Source: Chitinophagaceae bacterium (GTDB lineage: Bacteria > Bacteroidota > Bacteroidia > Chitinophagales > Chitinophagaceae). From it: a stretch of 64,000 nt of DNA. Position 1 is the stretch's first letter; every line of letters starts with the position of its first letter. Below the pieces are notes generated by a model. The model searched no databases. It saw only the letters and a list, made by a program, of their open reading frames with translations, and was not told the origin of the DNA. A program made the position numbers and the translations under genes. Location: positions 52,800-116,799 of the forward strand of contig CANGNA010000001.1 in the NCBI GenBank assembly GCA_947455215.1. Direction: 5' to 3'. Below, piece by piece: positions 49,740 through 60,220 of this stretch.

Positions 49740-50414
49740 TTACTGATCCTCATCTTTGTTCAGTACCACATTTATCCGACCGTGCTCTGATCTTACGGTA
49801 TAGCTCAGATATACCGCCTGACCATCAGCCAGCATGAATTCTACGTCGTAGTCGGCATATTTGGTAGACTGGTCGGTGATAGTAGACGATATGATCTTAG
49901 GTTTATTATCGGCGAAATATTTTGCACAGCCGTAGGCGTATAATACAGGGAATTTGTGTTCAATATCAGGCAGATTGATGATAGTGCCTTCGTATAAACC
50001 TTTGTTTTTCAGATCATTATTGCCGGTCAGAAATATAACTTTAGACGGATCGTCTTTGCTGATATCTTTATCGTGTATGCCATAGTAAGCCAAAGAATCG
50101 GTCTTGTCTTTAGAGAGTGTAAACCAATAGGTGGTCCGGATGCCATCGGTGGTCGATCTCTTATCTTTTTCGGTTATCCTGGCGATCTCTGACGCACACA
50201 GAGATCTGATATTAGCTGCGCTGTATATGATAAACGCTTTAAATGCTATTGAATCTTTGTTGTACCCTAATCCGTCTATTTGGTTAGCGTCGGCCGGTGA
50301 TTCTATTTTTTGAGTAGCACTCCCTTCATGTGCCTCGGGATCGTAATTGGCAGGTTCATCTCCGCAACTGGTCAACAGTCCTGTTAAAAGACAAGCAAAA
50401 AGGAAATTGCGCAT
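49740..50414 (-). CDS. Hypothetical lipoprotein
   Basis: Lipobox LLTSC; TATCTTTG box upstream. Confidence 0.78.
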   Translation of the reverse strand: MRNFLFACLLTGLLTSCGDEPANYDPEAHEGSATQKIESPADANQIDGLGYNKDSIAFKAFIIYSAANIRSLCASEIARITEKDKRSTTDGIRTTYWFTLSKDKTDSLAYYGIHDKDISKDDPSKVIFLTGNNDLKNKGLYEGTIINLPDIEHKFPVLYAYGCAKYFADNKPKIISSTITDQSTKYADYDVEFMLADGQAVYLSYTVRSEHGRINVVLNKDEDQ

Positions 50415-50611
50415 AATATTATTTCTTAAACCCAGCTCAAAGATATTGTGTTTTGGAGCATTTCAAATAGTGCATAATGCCGGCGAAAGTTAAATTTTAT
50501 TGCCGTTCATTAACTATTTCGACCGTTCGTGAACTTCTTAATGAAGCTGTTATGTATTGTTATTAACCTTGTATCGAAATTGATTATGTAACAAGATAAA
50601 AATGATCGGTT

Positions 50612-50707
50612 ATGAAGTACGTTACATTTACATTATCCGTGTTCCTGCTGCTGTTTTATGTTGCCGCGGCCTGCGCTGTGTTTTATTTCATTTTTAAGAG
50701 CATCTGA
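50612..50707 (+). CDS. Putative 31-aa single-TM small protein (below the ORF-track cutoff)
   Basis: MKYVTFTLSVFLLLFYVAAACAVFYFIFKSI; A-rich upstream region; hairpin at 50781-50810. Confidence 0.45.
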   Translation: MKYVTFTLSVFLLLFYVAAACAVFYFIFKSI

Positions 50708-50780
50708 CCTCCTTTTCGCCTTTTTATTTTTATTTAAATAATATTATTTATCAATAATATTGATGTCTGCGTTGGCTTTC

Positions 50781-50810
50781 AAAAGCACCAAATTAATCTT
50801 TGGTGCTTTT
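50781..50810. terminator. Bidirectional-type terminator hairpin
   Basis: aaaagcaccaaa-ttaatc-tttggtgctttt. Confidence 0.75.
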
Positions 50811-51042
50811 TGCACATGCTGTTAAAAACTAAAGCCCAATTCTTCTGTTTCTGCAATTACATTTGCTAAAGGTCGTCAGTAAAATTTACCAATTACGCAT
50901 CTGGCAGGCTGCTCATACCAAAAGCGGCCGCAACAAAGAGGTGATAAACTATCGGAAAGGCATCAGCAAAATGCCCGCAGGTTGTGGAAAGGGGTGAGTT
51001 GTCGGCGTAAGCCAGACCTTGAAAAAGAGCAACAGCAATTGT

Positions 51043-52011
51043 ATGAACGATAACGAAATACTGCTTAAGGACAATAAAGACAGGTTTGTTATACTGCCTA
51101 TTAACTATCCCAGGATATGGGAGATGTATAAGAAGCACGAGGCCAGTTTCTGGACCGCAGAGGAGATAGACCTTAGCGGCGATATGAAGGACTGGACCAA
51201 CCTCAACAACGGGGAGCGCCATTTCATTTCTCATGTATTGGCATTTTTTGCGGCCAGCGATGGTATTGTGAACGAGAACCTTGCGGTGAATTTTATGCGC
51301 GAGGTGCAGATACCTGAAGCGCGTTGTTTTTATGGTTTCCAGATAATGATGGAAAACATACACTCTGAGACCTACGCGTTGCTGATAGACACCTATATCA
51401 AAGATCCGATGGAAAAGGATCGCCTGTTCCATGCCATAGACACTGTGCCTGCGGTTAAGAAAAAAGCAGAGTGGGCACTGCGCTGGATAGAGCAGGGTTC
51501 TTTTGCGGAGCGCCTGGTGGCGTTTGCTGCGGTAGAGGGTATTTTCTTCAGTGGCAGTTTCTGTTCTATATTCTGGATGAAGAAGCGCGGTTTGTTGCCG
51601 GGCCTTACGTTCAGCAACGAATTGATCAGCCGCGATGAAGGTATGCACTGCGAGTTTGCCTGCTTGTTGTATAGTATGCTGAGCAATAAGCTGAGCCAGG
51701 AAGCTGTGTACAAAGTGATAGCTGACGCGGTAGCTATAGAAAAAGAGTTTATTTCTGAAGCATTGCCGGTAGACCTGATAGGTATGAATGCACGCCTGAT
51801 GCAACAGTACATAGAGTTTGTTGCGGACAGGTGGCTGGGTGAGCTGGGTTACCCTAAAATGTTCAATGCCAGTAATCCTTTCGATTTCATGGAAATGATA
51901 TCGCTGCAGGGTAAGACCAACTTCTTTGAGAAAAGGGTGGGTGATTACCAGAAGGCCGGTGTGTTGGGTAACAAAGACGAACAGACATTCTCCCTGGGAG
52001 AGGATTTCTAG
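51043..52011 (+). CDS. nrdB: Class Ia ribonucleotide reductase beta subunit
   Basis: [44 protein letters not shown]. Confidence 0.97.
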   Translation: MNDNEILLKDNKDRFVILPINYPRIWEMYKKHEASFWTAEEIDLSGDMKDWTNLNNGERHFISHVLAFFAASDGIVNENLAVNFMREVQIPEARCFYGFQIMMENIHSETYALLIDTYIKDPMEKDRLFHAIDTVPAVKKKAEWALRWIEQGSFAERLVAFAAVEGIFFSGSFCSIFWMKKRGLLPGLTFSNELISRDEGMHCEFACLLYSMLSNKLSQEAVYKVIADAVAIEKEFISEALPVDLIGMNARLMQQYIEFVADRWLGELGYPKMFNASNPFDFMEMISLQGKTNFFEKRVGDYQKAGVLGNKDEQTFSLGEDF

Positions 52012-52013
52012 CT

Positions 52014-52038
52014 AAGTAAAAAGTGAAAAGTAAAAGTG
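52014..52038 (+). repeat. AAGTRAA heptamer array just after the nrdB stop
   Basis: aagtaaa aagtgaa aagtaaa agtg. Confidence 0.6.
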
Positions 52039-52104
52039 TGTAATGACTGACAGCAGCACACGATGAAAATATAATTATAGTAACCTTATTAAATAATTCG
52101 GAGC

Positions 52105-54501
52105 ATGTACGTTATTAAAAGAAATGGAAGGCAGGAGAGTGTAAAGTTTGACAAGATAACTGCACGTATTGAGAAGTTATCTTACAGCCTCAGTCCTTTT
52201 GTAAATAGTATCGACGTGGCCAAGAAGGTCATAGAAGGTATTTACGACGGTGTACGCACTACAGAACTGGATAACCTGGCGGCGGAAACTGCAGCATCGC
52301 TTACTACCAAGCACCCTGACTACGCCTTGCTGGCGAGCAGGATAGCGGTGAGCAACCTGCACAAGAACACCACCAAATCTTTTTCCGAGACCATGCGTAA
52401 GCTGTATGACTATACAGACCCTACAAATGGTAAGAAGCTGCCTATGATAGCCGACGATATCATGGAGATAGTAGAAGCCAATGCAGAACTGCTGGATAGC
52501 TCTATTATCTACGATCGTGATTTCGGTTTCGACTATTTTGGTTTCAAAACACTGGAAAAGTCTTACCTGCTGAAGATAAACGGTGTTATAGCCGAGCGCC
52601 CGCAGCACATGTACATGCGTGTGTCCATAGGCATTCATAAGCACGATATCGAGAGCGCCATCAAGACATATAACCTGATGAGCGAGCGTTGGTTCACACA
52701 TGCTACGCCTACATTGTTCAATGCCGGTACACCTAAGCCGCAGATGTCTTCGTGCTTCCTGCTGGCCATGAAGGATGACAGCATTGACGGCATATATGAT
52801 ACACTGAAACAAACTGCCAAGATATCGCAGAGCGCAGGTGGCATTGGTCTATCTGTAAGCAACGTACGCGCTACAGGTAGCTATATTGGCGGCACCAATG
52901 GCACCAGCAATGGCCTGGTACCTATGCTGCGCGTATTTAACGATACTGCCCGCTATGTAGACCAGGGAGGAGGCAAGCGCAAGGGTGCTTTCGCCATTTA
53001 CCTGGAGCCATGGCATGCTGATGTGTTTGAATTCCTGGACCTGCGTAAGAACCACGGTAAGGAAGAGGCACGTGCCCGCGATCTTTTCTACGCATTGTGG
53101 ATACCAGACCTGTTCATGAAAAGGGTAGAAGAGAATGGCAACTGGAGCCTGTTCTGCCCTAACGAAGCGCCTGACCTGCACGAGTGCCACGGTGCTAAAT
53201 TTGAAGCACTGTACGAGCAATATGAGCGCGAAGGCCGTGCCCGTAAAACAATAAAGGCGCAGGAACTGTGGTTTGCTATAGTTGATTCTCAGATAGAAAC
53301 CGGTACACCATACCTGTTGTATAAAGATGCCGCTAACGGTAAGAGCAACCAGCAGAACCTGGGTACTATAAAGAGCAGTAACCTGTGTACAGAGATAATA
53401 GAGTACACCAGCGCTGATGAGGTGGCTGTATGTAACCTGGCCTCTATAGCATTGCCACGCTTTGTGAACGAAGGCAAGTTTGACTTTGATAAGTTGTATG
53501 AAGTAACATACCAGGCGGCGCTGAACCTGAACAGGATAATAGACAATAACTATTACCCCGTAGTAGAGGCAGAGAACTCCAACCTGCGCCATCGCCCGAT
53601 AGGACTTGGTGTACAGGGCCTGGCTGATGCCTTCATATTGCTGCGCCTGCCGTTTGAAAGTGAACTGGCGAAAACGCTGAACAAGAACATATTCGAGACC
53701 ATATACTTTGCTGCCATGACGGCAAGTAAAGACCTGGCCAAGGCCGAAGGACATTATGAATCATTCCCTGGTTCACCGCTGTCTAAGGGTATCTTCCAGT
53801 TCGACATGTGGAATGTAAAGCCTACCGACCGCTACGATTGGGAAAGCCTGCGTGCTGATGTAATGAAGTATGGTACACGCAACTCATTGCTGGTAGCGCC
53901 GATGCCTACAGCATCTACATCGCAGATATTGGGTAACAATGAGTGCTTTGAGCCATATACATCCAACATCTATACACGCCGCGTGCTGAGTGGTGAGTTT
54001 GTGATCGTGAACAAGCACCTGTTGAAAGACCTGGTAAACCTGGGCCTGTGGAACAATGATATGAAGAATAAGATCATTGCAGCCAATGGTTCTATCCAGA
54101 ACATCAACGAGATACCTGCCGAGATCAAGGAATTGTACAAGACAGTTTGGGAAATAAAGCAACGTAGCATAGTAGATATGTCGGCCGACCGTGGTGCGTA
54201 TATCTGCCAGTCGCAATCGCTGAACCTGTTTGTGGATACACCAACAACAGCCAAGCTGACATCTATGCACTTCTATGCATGGAAGAAGGGCCTGAAGACA
54301 GGTATGTACTACCTGCGTACACAGGCAGCTTCACAGGCTGTACAGTTTACGGTAGAAAAGCAGGCTGCTAATGATATAACACCTGTAATTCCTCATACAG
54401 CGGCTGCTGAATCGCAGAATGATATTGACGGTATAGAAGCCGATAATTACACAGGCCCTACCTGTACGATGGAAGAAGGCTGTATCACTTGCAGCGGATA
54501 G
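52105..54501 (+). CDS. nrdA: Class Ia ribonucleotide reductase alpha subunit with ATP cone
   Basis: [42 protein letters not shown]-terminal CITCSG. Confidence 0.98.
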   Translation: MYVIKRNGRQESVKFDKITARIEKLSYSLSPFVNSIDVAKKVIEGIYDGVRTTELDNLAAETAASLTTKHPDYALLASRIAVSNLHKNTTKSFSETMRKLYDYTDPTNGKKLPMIADDIMEIVEANAELLDSSIIYDRDFGFDYFGFKTLEKSYLLKINGVIAERPQHMYMRVSIGIHKHDIESAIKTYNLMSERWFTHATPTLFNAGTPKPQMSSCFLLAMKDDSIDGIYDTLKQTAKISQSAGGIGLSVSNVRATGSYIGGTNGTSNGLVPMLRVFNDTARYVDQGGGKRKGAFAIYLEPWHADVFEFLDLRKNHGKEEARARDLFYALWIPDLFMKRVEENGNWSLFCPNEAPDLHECHGAKFEALYEQYEREGRARKTIKAQELWFAIVDSQIETGTPYLLYKDAANGKSNQQNLGTIKSSNLCTEIIEYTSADEVAVCNLASIALPRFVNEGKFDFDKLYEVTYQAALNLNRIIDNNYYPVVEAENSNLRHRPIGLGVQGLADAFILLRLPFESELAKTLNKNIFETIYFAAMTASKDLAKAEGHYESFPGSPLSKGIFQFDMWNVKPTDRYDWESLRADVMKYGTRNSLLVAPMPTASTSQILGNNECFEPYTSNIYTRRVLSGEFVIVNKHLLKDLVNLGLWNNDMKNKIIAANGSIQNINEIPAEIKELYKTVWEIKQRSIVDMSADRGAYICQSQSLNLFVDTPTTAKLTSMHFYAWKKGLKTGMYYLRTQAASQAVQFTVEKQAANDITPVIPHTAAAESQNDIDGIEADNYTGPTCTMEEGCITCSG

Positions 54502-54528
54502 TTTTCGAGATTCAAGATAGTTTTGATA

Positions 54529-54564
54529 ACAATAAAGCCGGACGTAACAGTCCGGCTTTATTGT
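54529..54564. terminator. Bidirectional terminator
   Basis: acaataaagccggac-gtaaca-gtccggctttattgt. Confidence 0.88.
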
Positions 54565-54610
54565 TGTGTAGTCTGGTCAGGCTGCTGTTTTCGACGGGTT
54601 ATTAGTTTTT

Positions 54611-55810
54611 TCATTTAAAGGCTTTCTGCTTCCATGCTTTCCGGTAGTCTTTATAGTATTGCTCCATTTTTTCTGCGTACCGGGTGGCATAGGTCAATAC
54701 GCCTTCCTGCCAGCTGTCATCATTGCCGAATGTTATCAATTCGTCGGCTATAGCCGACCCTTGCCTGCCACTGCTGCGCAGCTGTGCCGACGCCGTTAAT
54801 ACAGCCATGTCGTAGACCACCTGGTATATGTCTCTATAGCGATCTTTAATAAGTCCGAAGTTGATGCTGTCCTTTACCGGCTGCATTTCCTGTATCAGAT
54901 AGGGCTCGTCTTCAAACACAGTATGGCTGAGCAACGCCGGGGGAATGTTCTGCATGCGCTGTTGTATGGCTACTATCCGTTCGGCTTCGTGTGCCCATTC
55001 CGGCTGTTGTACATTCACATATGGTGTCAGGCAAGAAGCGCGGGCTTGCTTCATTTCTACCAGCATATACTTACCCGCCAGTCGCTTGCTTTTTAACAAA
55101 AAGGCGTACCGTTTAAGGCCTACACTGCCTGTTCCTGCCAGGCGGAATGCAGCGTCGCATACTTCGTAATTGTAAGGGCCATCGCTGCTTTTATTGATCC
55201 AGTCTTGTATGTGGTCTGTCAATCGCCGTTTCAGTTCTTCATCTATACCTACATGCCTTGGGTGCTCCAGCATAATGGTGAGGTCGTTCTTTTTAATGTT
55301 GGTACGCTTATGCAACAGCCGTTTGCGCTTTTTACCGGCGGCGCGCTTCAGGAAGGTCTTTACAATGCCTGTAGCAGTTTTGGTTTCTATGTACAGGGCT
55401 TTGCCCTTGCTCAGTGTATTGGCGTATGTCTTCAGGAACAACTGTGCCATATTTGTGGCTATCTTTTCTTCAAGTTTCAGCTGCCGGAAGGCAATGAGGA
55501 TGCTACAGGTGATGCGCGCCAGTTCCCATGTACATGGTGCCAGTATAGCTTCGTCAAAATCGTTCAGGTCAAAGTGTACCAGGCGGTTGTCGGCCCTGTA
55601 GCTGCCAAAGTTTTCCAGGTGCAGATCGCCGCATATCCATGATTTTGGTGCTTGTGGGAGGTCGGCCTTTGCCAGGTCTTCATAAAACAAATGGCAGGTG
55701 CCACGGTAAAAGCGGAAGACATTTTCCGCCATTAGTTTGTATTTTATTTGCAACATTTCTGGCAGCAGGCCGGTATTATACTGCTTTAGTCGTTCGGTCA
55801 CAGAGCGCAT
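54611..55810 (-). CDS. DUF2252 family protein (kinase-like)
   Basis: FRFYRGT, WICGDLHLENFG, FDLNDFDEA, AGTGSVGLKRY. Confidence 0.9.
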   Translation of the reverse strand: MRSVTERLKQYNTGLLPEMLQIKYKLMAENVFRFYRGTCHLFYEDLAKADLPQAPKSWICGDLHLENFGSYRADNRLVHFDLNDFDEAILAPCTWELARITCSILIAFRQLKLEEKIATNMAQLFLKTYANTLSKGKALYIETKTATGIVKTFLKRAAGKKRKRLLHKRTNIKKNDLTIMLEHPRHVGIDEELKRRLTDHIQDWINKSSDGPYNYEVCDAAFRLAGTGSVGLKRYAFLLKSKRLAGKYMLVEMKQARASCLTPYVNVQQPEWAHEAERIVAIQQRMQNIPPALLSHTVFEDEPYLIQEMQPVKDSINFGLIKDRYRDIYQVVYDMAVLTASAQLRSSGRQGSAIADELITFGNDDSWQEGVLTYATRYAEKMEQYYKDYRKAWKQKAFK

Positions 55811-55909
55811 TTATAAGAGTGGTTTAGCTAAAGGCATGATGATCAAAACCATGCCAAAGCGTGTACAGCTGGTTTGTGATATGTTGCGGTTATCACCGAT
55901 ATTTACTCC

Positions 55910-56686
55910 ATGACAGCAGTACTTGTGGTGGCCATTGTGTTCATCGTGCTTACGGGCAGCTTTTTCTATTTCGCAGGCAGGAATAAGGGTAGCAATTACA
56001 TTGTGCCGTATGATACTGAGGCCCTGCTGCTGGCCAATGTAGCTTTCTACAAAGAGCTGGATGAGCAGCGACGGGTATTGTTTGCAGATCGGGTAAAAGA
56101 CTTTTTAAACACCGTTGCTATAAAGGGGGTCGAGGTTACCGTTACTCCTGCTGATCGTATATTGGTAGCCGCAGGCGCCATAATTCCTATTTTCGCATTC
56201 CCCGATTGGAAGTACCGGAATATTGCTGAGGTGTTGTTATACAAAGGCACCTTCAACAAACAATTCGAGACCGATGGCGAAGAGCGGAACGTGTTGGGTA
56301 TGGTAGGTGATGGTGCTATGCACAGGGTGATGATCATTTCTCAGCCATCTTTAAGGTCGTCTTTTGCCAACCCGACGGACGGGCATAATACTGCGATCCA
56401 CGAGTTCGTGCATTTGATAGATAAGGCTGATGGCGTTGTAGATGGCGTGCCGGAATATCTTTTATCCCGGCCGCATTTGTTGCCCTGGATAAAGGAAATG
56501 CATCGGGAGATAGCCATTTTGCGGCGGAAGAAGCGCCCCAACATTAATGTATATGGCGCTACTAATGATGCGGAGTTTTTTGCGGTGGTCGCTGAGTACT
56601 TTTTTGAGCGTCCGGAAAAGTTGCGCGAGACACATCCGGAACTGTATGAGATGTTGGAAGACATGTTTCATTCCCCAATTGCCTGA
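55910..56686 (+). CDS. MtfA/M90-family zinc-dependent peptidase
   Basis: HEFVHLID (HExxH), YGATNDAEFFAV. Confidence 0.9.
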   Translation: MTAVLVVAIVFIVLTGSFFYFAGRNKGSNYIVPYDTEALLLANVAFYKELDEQRRVLFADRVKDFLNTVAIKGVEVTVTPADRILVAAGAIIPIFAFPDWKYRNIAEVLLYKGTFNKQFETDGEERNVLGMVGDGAMHRVMIISQPSLRSSFANPTDGHNTAIHEFVHLIDKADGVVDGVPEYLLSRPHLLPWIKEMHREIAILRRKKRPNINVYGATNDAEFFAVVAEYFFERPEKLRETHPELYEMLEDMFHSPIA

Positions 56687-56836
56687 TTAATGGTATTCCC
56701 GTAATATGGCTGCTCCTTATATGTCTATTTTATTGACTAAGTGGAAACAGTTAAAGTGTTAAAATTATATTAGTGCGGGCTTCTTTTAGGCGATATTTTT
56801 ATCGACTGGCACAGTATTATTTGCCACGACTTAAAT

Positions 56837-57274
56837 ATGAATACCGACAATTTATATAATATCTTCTATGCGGACGATGACCAGGATGACCAGGAGGTTT
56901 TCCGGGAAGTGATGAACGAGATCAACGAAGATATTTTCATTTTCACGCAGAACAACGGCGACGAGTTGCTGCATTTGCTCAAGAACCCTCCACCACGTCC
57001 GCACGTAGTATTCCTCGATTTGAATATGCCGGTTAAAAACGGCTACGATGTATTAAAGGAAATAAGGCAGAGCGAGCGGTTCAGTCAGCTGCCCGTAATT
57101 ATTTTTTCTACTTCCGGCGATGATGAGGCTATCAGGCGGACCAGGCAGTTAGGTGCGACTCTTTTTGTGCAGAAGCCTGATGATTACAATGAGCTGAAGC
57201 AGATACTGAAGGAATTGCTGGCCATAGATTGGGCAACCTTTGCCCCGGGCGAGGAATATGTGTATAGTTATTAG
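56837..57274 (+). CDS. Single-domain response regulator of the phytochrome operon
   Basis: YADDD, VFLDLNMPVKNG, PVIIFSTS. Confidence 0.9.
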   Translation: MNTDNLYNIFYADDDQDDQEVFREVMNEINEDIFIFTQNNGDELLHLLKNPPPRPHVVFLDLNMPVKNGYDVLKEIRQSERFSQLPVIIFSTSGDDEAIRRTRQLGATLFVQKPDDYNELKQILKELLAIDWATFAPGEEYVYSY

Positions 57275-57280
57275 CATGTT

Positions 57281-57901
57281 ATGGTAACAGAGAAGATCAA
57301 TACTCCCGCTAATTTCATGGAGCGTTTACGGGCTGCGACCGGACCAATGCACCAGCGTCTTGAAGATACACCTTTGTCCAAAGCATTGATGCAGCCGGAA
57401 CTCACTGAAGCAACTTACCTCACCTACCTGGAGCATATGCGGCAGGTAATAGCATGGACCGAACAGCACATATTCCCCGCCGTAAGCAGCGTAATGCCGG
57501 ATATAGCGCAGAGGTACAAGTTGCGGGCGATAGATAATGATATTCTGTTCCTGCGTAGCAGAACACCGGCGGCTAATCCATCTGTATTCCCGGAGGTATC
57601 CGATCGGGTGTATCCGCTGGGCCGGGCACTCGGCCATATGTATGTTATGGAGGGCGCTACGTTGGGCGGGCGCATCATTTTGCAACATATTAAAGGCACA
57701 CTGGCACTTGATGAGACAACCGGTGGTGTAGCCTTTTTTACAGGGTATGGTGCTGATACGGGTGCCAGGTGGAGATCGTTCCTGGCCATATTGACGGAGC
57801 AGGCAGCGTTGCATGGCTTAGAAGACGCCATAGTAAGCGGAGCCAAAGAAGCATTTGAACATATTGAAAACTATTTTTCTGGCAGTACTATATGCAGATA
57901 A
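57281..57901 (+). CDS. bphO: Biliverdin-producing heme oxygenase
   Basis: LRAATGPMHQRLE, YVMEGATLGG; overlaps the phytochrome start. Confidence 0.88.
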   Translation: MVTEKINTPANFMERLRAATGPMHQRLEDTPLSKALMQPELTEATYLTYLEHMRQVIAWTEQHIFPAVSSVMPDIAQRYKLRAIDNDILFLRSRTPAANPSVFPEVSDRVYPLGRALGHMYVMEGATLGGRIILQHIKGTLALDETTGGVAFFTGYGADTGARWRSFLAILTEQAALHGLEDAIVSGAKEAFEHIENYFSGSTICR

Positions 57902-60153
57902 AAGACATTGTGAACAGAGACCTGGTAAACCTTACCAATTGTGATCAGGAACCCATACATATACCGGGCAGCATACAGCCACATGGTTTTCTGCTGGCTG
58001 TAAAAGAGGACACATTAGTTATTGACTACTGTAGTGGCAACATCAAAGATTTTACCGGAGTAGCTTACGAACAATGCCTGGCCCGCAAGTTTAGCGAGAT
58101 ATTTGGGCATGAATCATTGAGCAGGTTGCTGGCCCATCTACAATTGCCCGTCAATAAAATAAATCCTCCGCTGCTTATAGAGTTAAACGGGAAGGAATGG
58201 CTCTGCAGTCCGCATAAAGCTCCGGGCCTTTATATCTGTGAATTTGAGCCACAGGATACAGCCGTGGTCAATGCCAATGATATATATAACCAGACGATGC
58301 AGTTTGTTGGCTACATGGAGCAATCCGCTACGTTAAAAGAACTGTGCAGCAGGGTAGCAGATCAAACGCGTGCTATTACCGGCTACGATCGGGTAATGGT
58401 GTATAAGTTTGATAAGGACTATAACGGCGAGGTGTTTGCAGAAAGTAAGGTAGATCATATAGAGTCCTTTCTTGGCTTGCATTATCCGCATACTGATATA
58501 CCGGTGCAGGCCCGGCAATTATACCTCACTAACCTGATGCGTATCATTGTAGACATTGGCTATACCCCTGTACCAATATATACCATAGACGATGTGCCCG
58601 ATAAGAACCTGGACCTGAGCAAGTCTTACCTGCGCAGTGTATCGCCCATACATGTGGAATACCTGAGCAATATGGGGGTAGGGGGCACACTCACCATTTC
58701 CCTGCTGCACGAGGGGCGCTTATGGGGACTGATCACCTGCCATCATTATGCGCCTAAGTATGTGCCGCTTTATTCGCGAATTGCAGCGCAGATGCAAGGG
58801 CATTTTCTTACGTCGCAGATACAGGTAAGGCAGTTGAACGAAGAATATAAAATGGCTGCTGAGATCAATGCATCGCTGGAGCAGTTATTAGATAAAGCCC
58901 CTTTGCCGGATATAGATTCGTTCAGGACGATCATCACTAATCCTGCCTTACTTTCTCTTTGTAGTGCTGGTGGGGTAGCCGTGTTATTTGAAGGGGGTAT
59001 CTATAAAAACGGCCTTACCCCGCCTGATGATGAGGTAAGGGCCTTGATGTTGTGGTTAAAAAGGCACACCAGAGATGATAAGTTCCATACAACCCGGCTG
59101 GTCGATATTTATGAACCGGCCAGAGCTTTTTCAAACGTCGGTGCAGGTATTATCTACTATTCCTTAAGTGGCCTTCAGAATGATGGTATCATATGGTTTA
59201 CGCCGGAGACACTGGAAGAAGTGTTTTGGGCGGGAGACCCGGATAATGCAATTCTGAAGACCGAGAAGGGCCTTTCTCCACGTAACTCGTTCCGTTTATG
59301 GAAACAGCGCCTGCAATACCAGAGCAGGGAATGGTCTAACCCCGAACTGGTGGCAACCGAAACATATGTACATGCGTTGCAGAAACATATCACGCTCATC
59401 CTGATAACAGAAGAAGAGCGCAAGCAGCGGGAACTAACACGCCAGTTGCAGGAAGCTAATGCCGAACTGGAGAATATCAATTGGATCAGCTCTCACGATC
59501 TGAAGGAGCCGCTGAGGAAGATACAGCTGTTCTCCTCTAAGATATTGGATAAAGAGCAGCGGGCACTGTCGGAAACTGCTGTTAACTCGCTTAAGAAAGT
59601 AACGCGTTCTGCGCACAAGATGCAGCAATTGCTCACTGACATCACCATGTACAACAAAGTGCGCCATGCAAGTGCTATTTATGAACGGGTGGCGCTTGAT
59701 GGTATACTGCATGCGGTGGCCGATGATGTAAAGGATGATCTTACAGAGCGTGGTGCCTCATTGGTTATCGGCCGCCTGCCGGAGATAGAAGGTATCCCTA
59801 TACTCCTGAAACAGCTCTTTCTTAACCTGGTATATAATGCACTGAAATTCTCGCGTAAAGATGTACCCTCCGTCATCGACGTGCATTGCGAGGAGTTGCC
59901 TGTAAAACTGCCGGAACAGGGGGGACAATATTATAAGGTTGTGATCCGGGATAATGGGATCGGCTTTGATAATGCATACAATGAATCTATCTTTAAAGTG
60001 TTCTCCCGTTTGCATAGCCAATCCGATTACGAAGGGTCGGGCGTTGGGTTAGCTTTGTGTCGTAAGATCATGCAAAATCATAAGGGATTTATCATAGCAG
60101 AGGGGCAACATAACAAGGGGGCAACGTTCTCTTTGTATTTTCCGGCTGTTTGA
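57892..60153 (+). CDS. bphP: Bacteriophytochrome histidine kinase (PAS-GAF-PHY-HisKA-HATPase)
   Basis: NCDQEPIHIPGSIQPHG (biliverdin-binding Cys), HYPHTDIP, SPIH.EYL.NMG, LSPRNSF, SHDLKEPLRKI. Confidence 0.95.
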   Translation: MQIKDIVNRDLVNLTNCDQEPIHIPGSIQPHGFLLAVKEDTLVIDYCSGNIKDFTGVAYEQCLARKFSEIFGHESLSRLLAHLQLPVNKINPPLLIELNGKEWLCSPHKAPGLYICEFEPQDTAVVNANDIYNQTMQFVGYMEQSATLKELCSRVADQTRAITGYDRVMVYKFDKDYNGEVFAESKVDHIESFLGLHYPHTDIPVQARQLYLTNLMRIIVDIGYTPVPIYTIDDVPDKNLDLSKSYLRSVSPIHVEYLSNMGVGGTLTISLLHEGRLWGLITCHHYAPKYVPLYSRIAAQMQGHFLTSQIQVRQLNEEYKMAAEINASLEQLLDKAPLPDIDSFRTIITNPALLSLCSAGGVAVLFEGGIYKNGLTPPDDEVRALMLWLKRHTRDDKFHTTRLVDIYEPARAFSNVGAGIIYYSLSGLQNDGIIWFTPETLEEVFWAGDPDNAILKTEKGLSPRNSFRLWKQRLQYQSREWSNPELVATETYVHALQKHITLILITEEERKQRELTRQLQEANAELENINWISSHDLKEPLRKIQLFSSKILDKEQRALSETAVNSLKKVTRSAHKMQQLLTDITMYNKVRHASAIYERVALDGILHAVADDVKDDLTERGASLVIGRLPEIEGIPILLKQLFLNLVYNALKFSRKDVPSVIDVHCEELPVKLPEQGGQYYKVVIRDNGIGFDNAYNESIFKVFSRLHSQSDYEGSGVGLALCRKIMQNHKGFIIAEGQHNKGATFSLYFPAV

Positions 60154-60220
60154 GCGGATGATATTTATTTTCCATAGTTGTATAAATGGCCGATTGTGGT
60201 TTTTTAACTAAATTACAGCT

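Noticed and set aside
50866-51042. Cobalamin or other riboswitch in the long nrdB leader
   Set aside because: Only fragments resemble the B12 element (aagccagacc); the GGGAA and GCCACTG cores are missing. Some pairing is possible but not enough to call.
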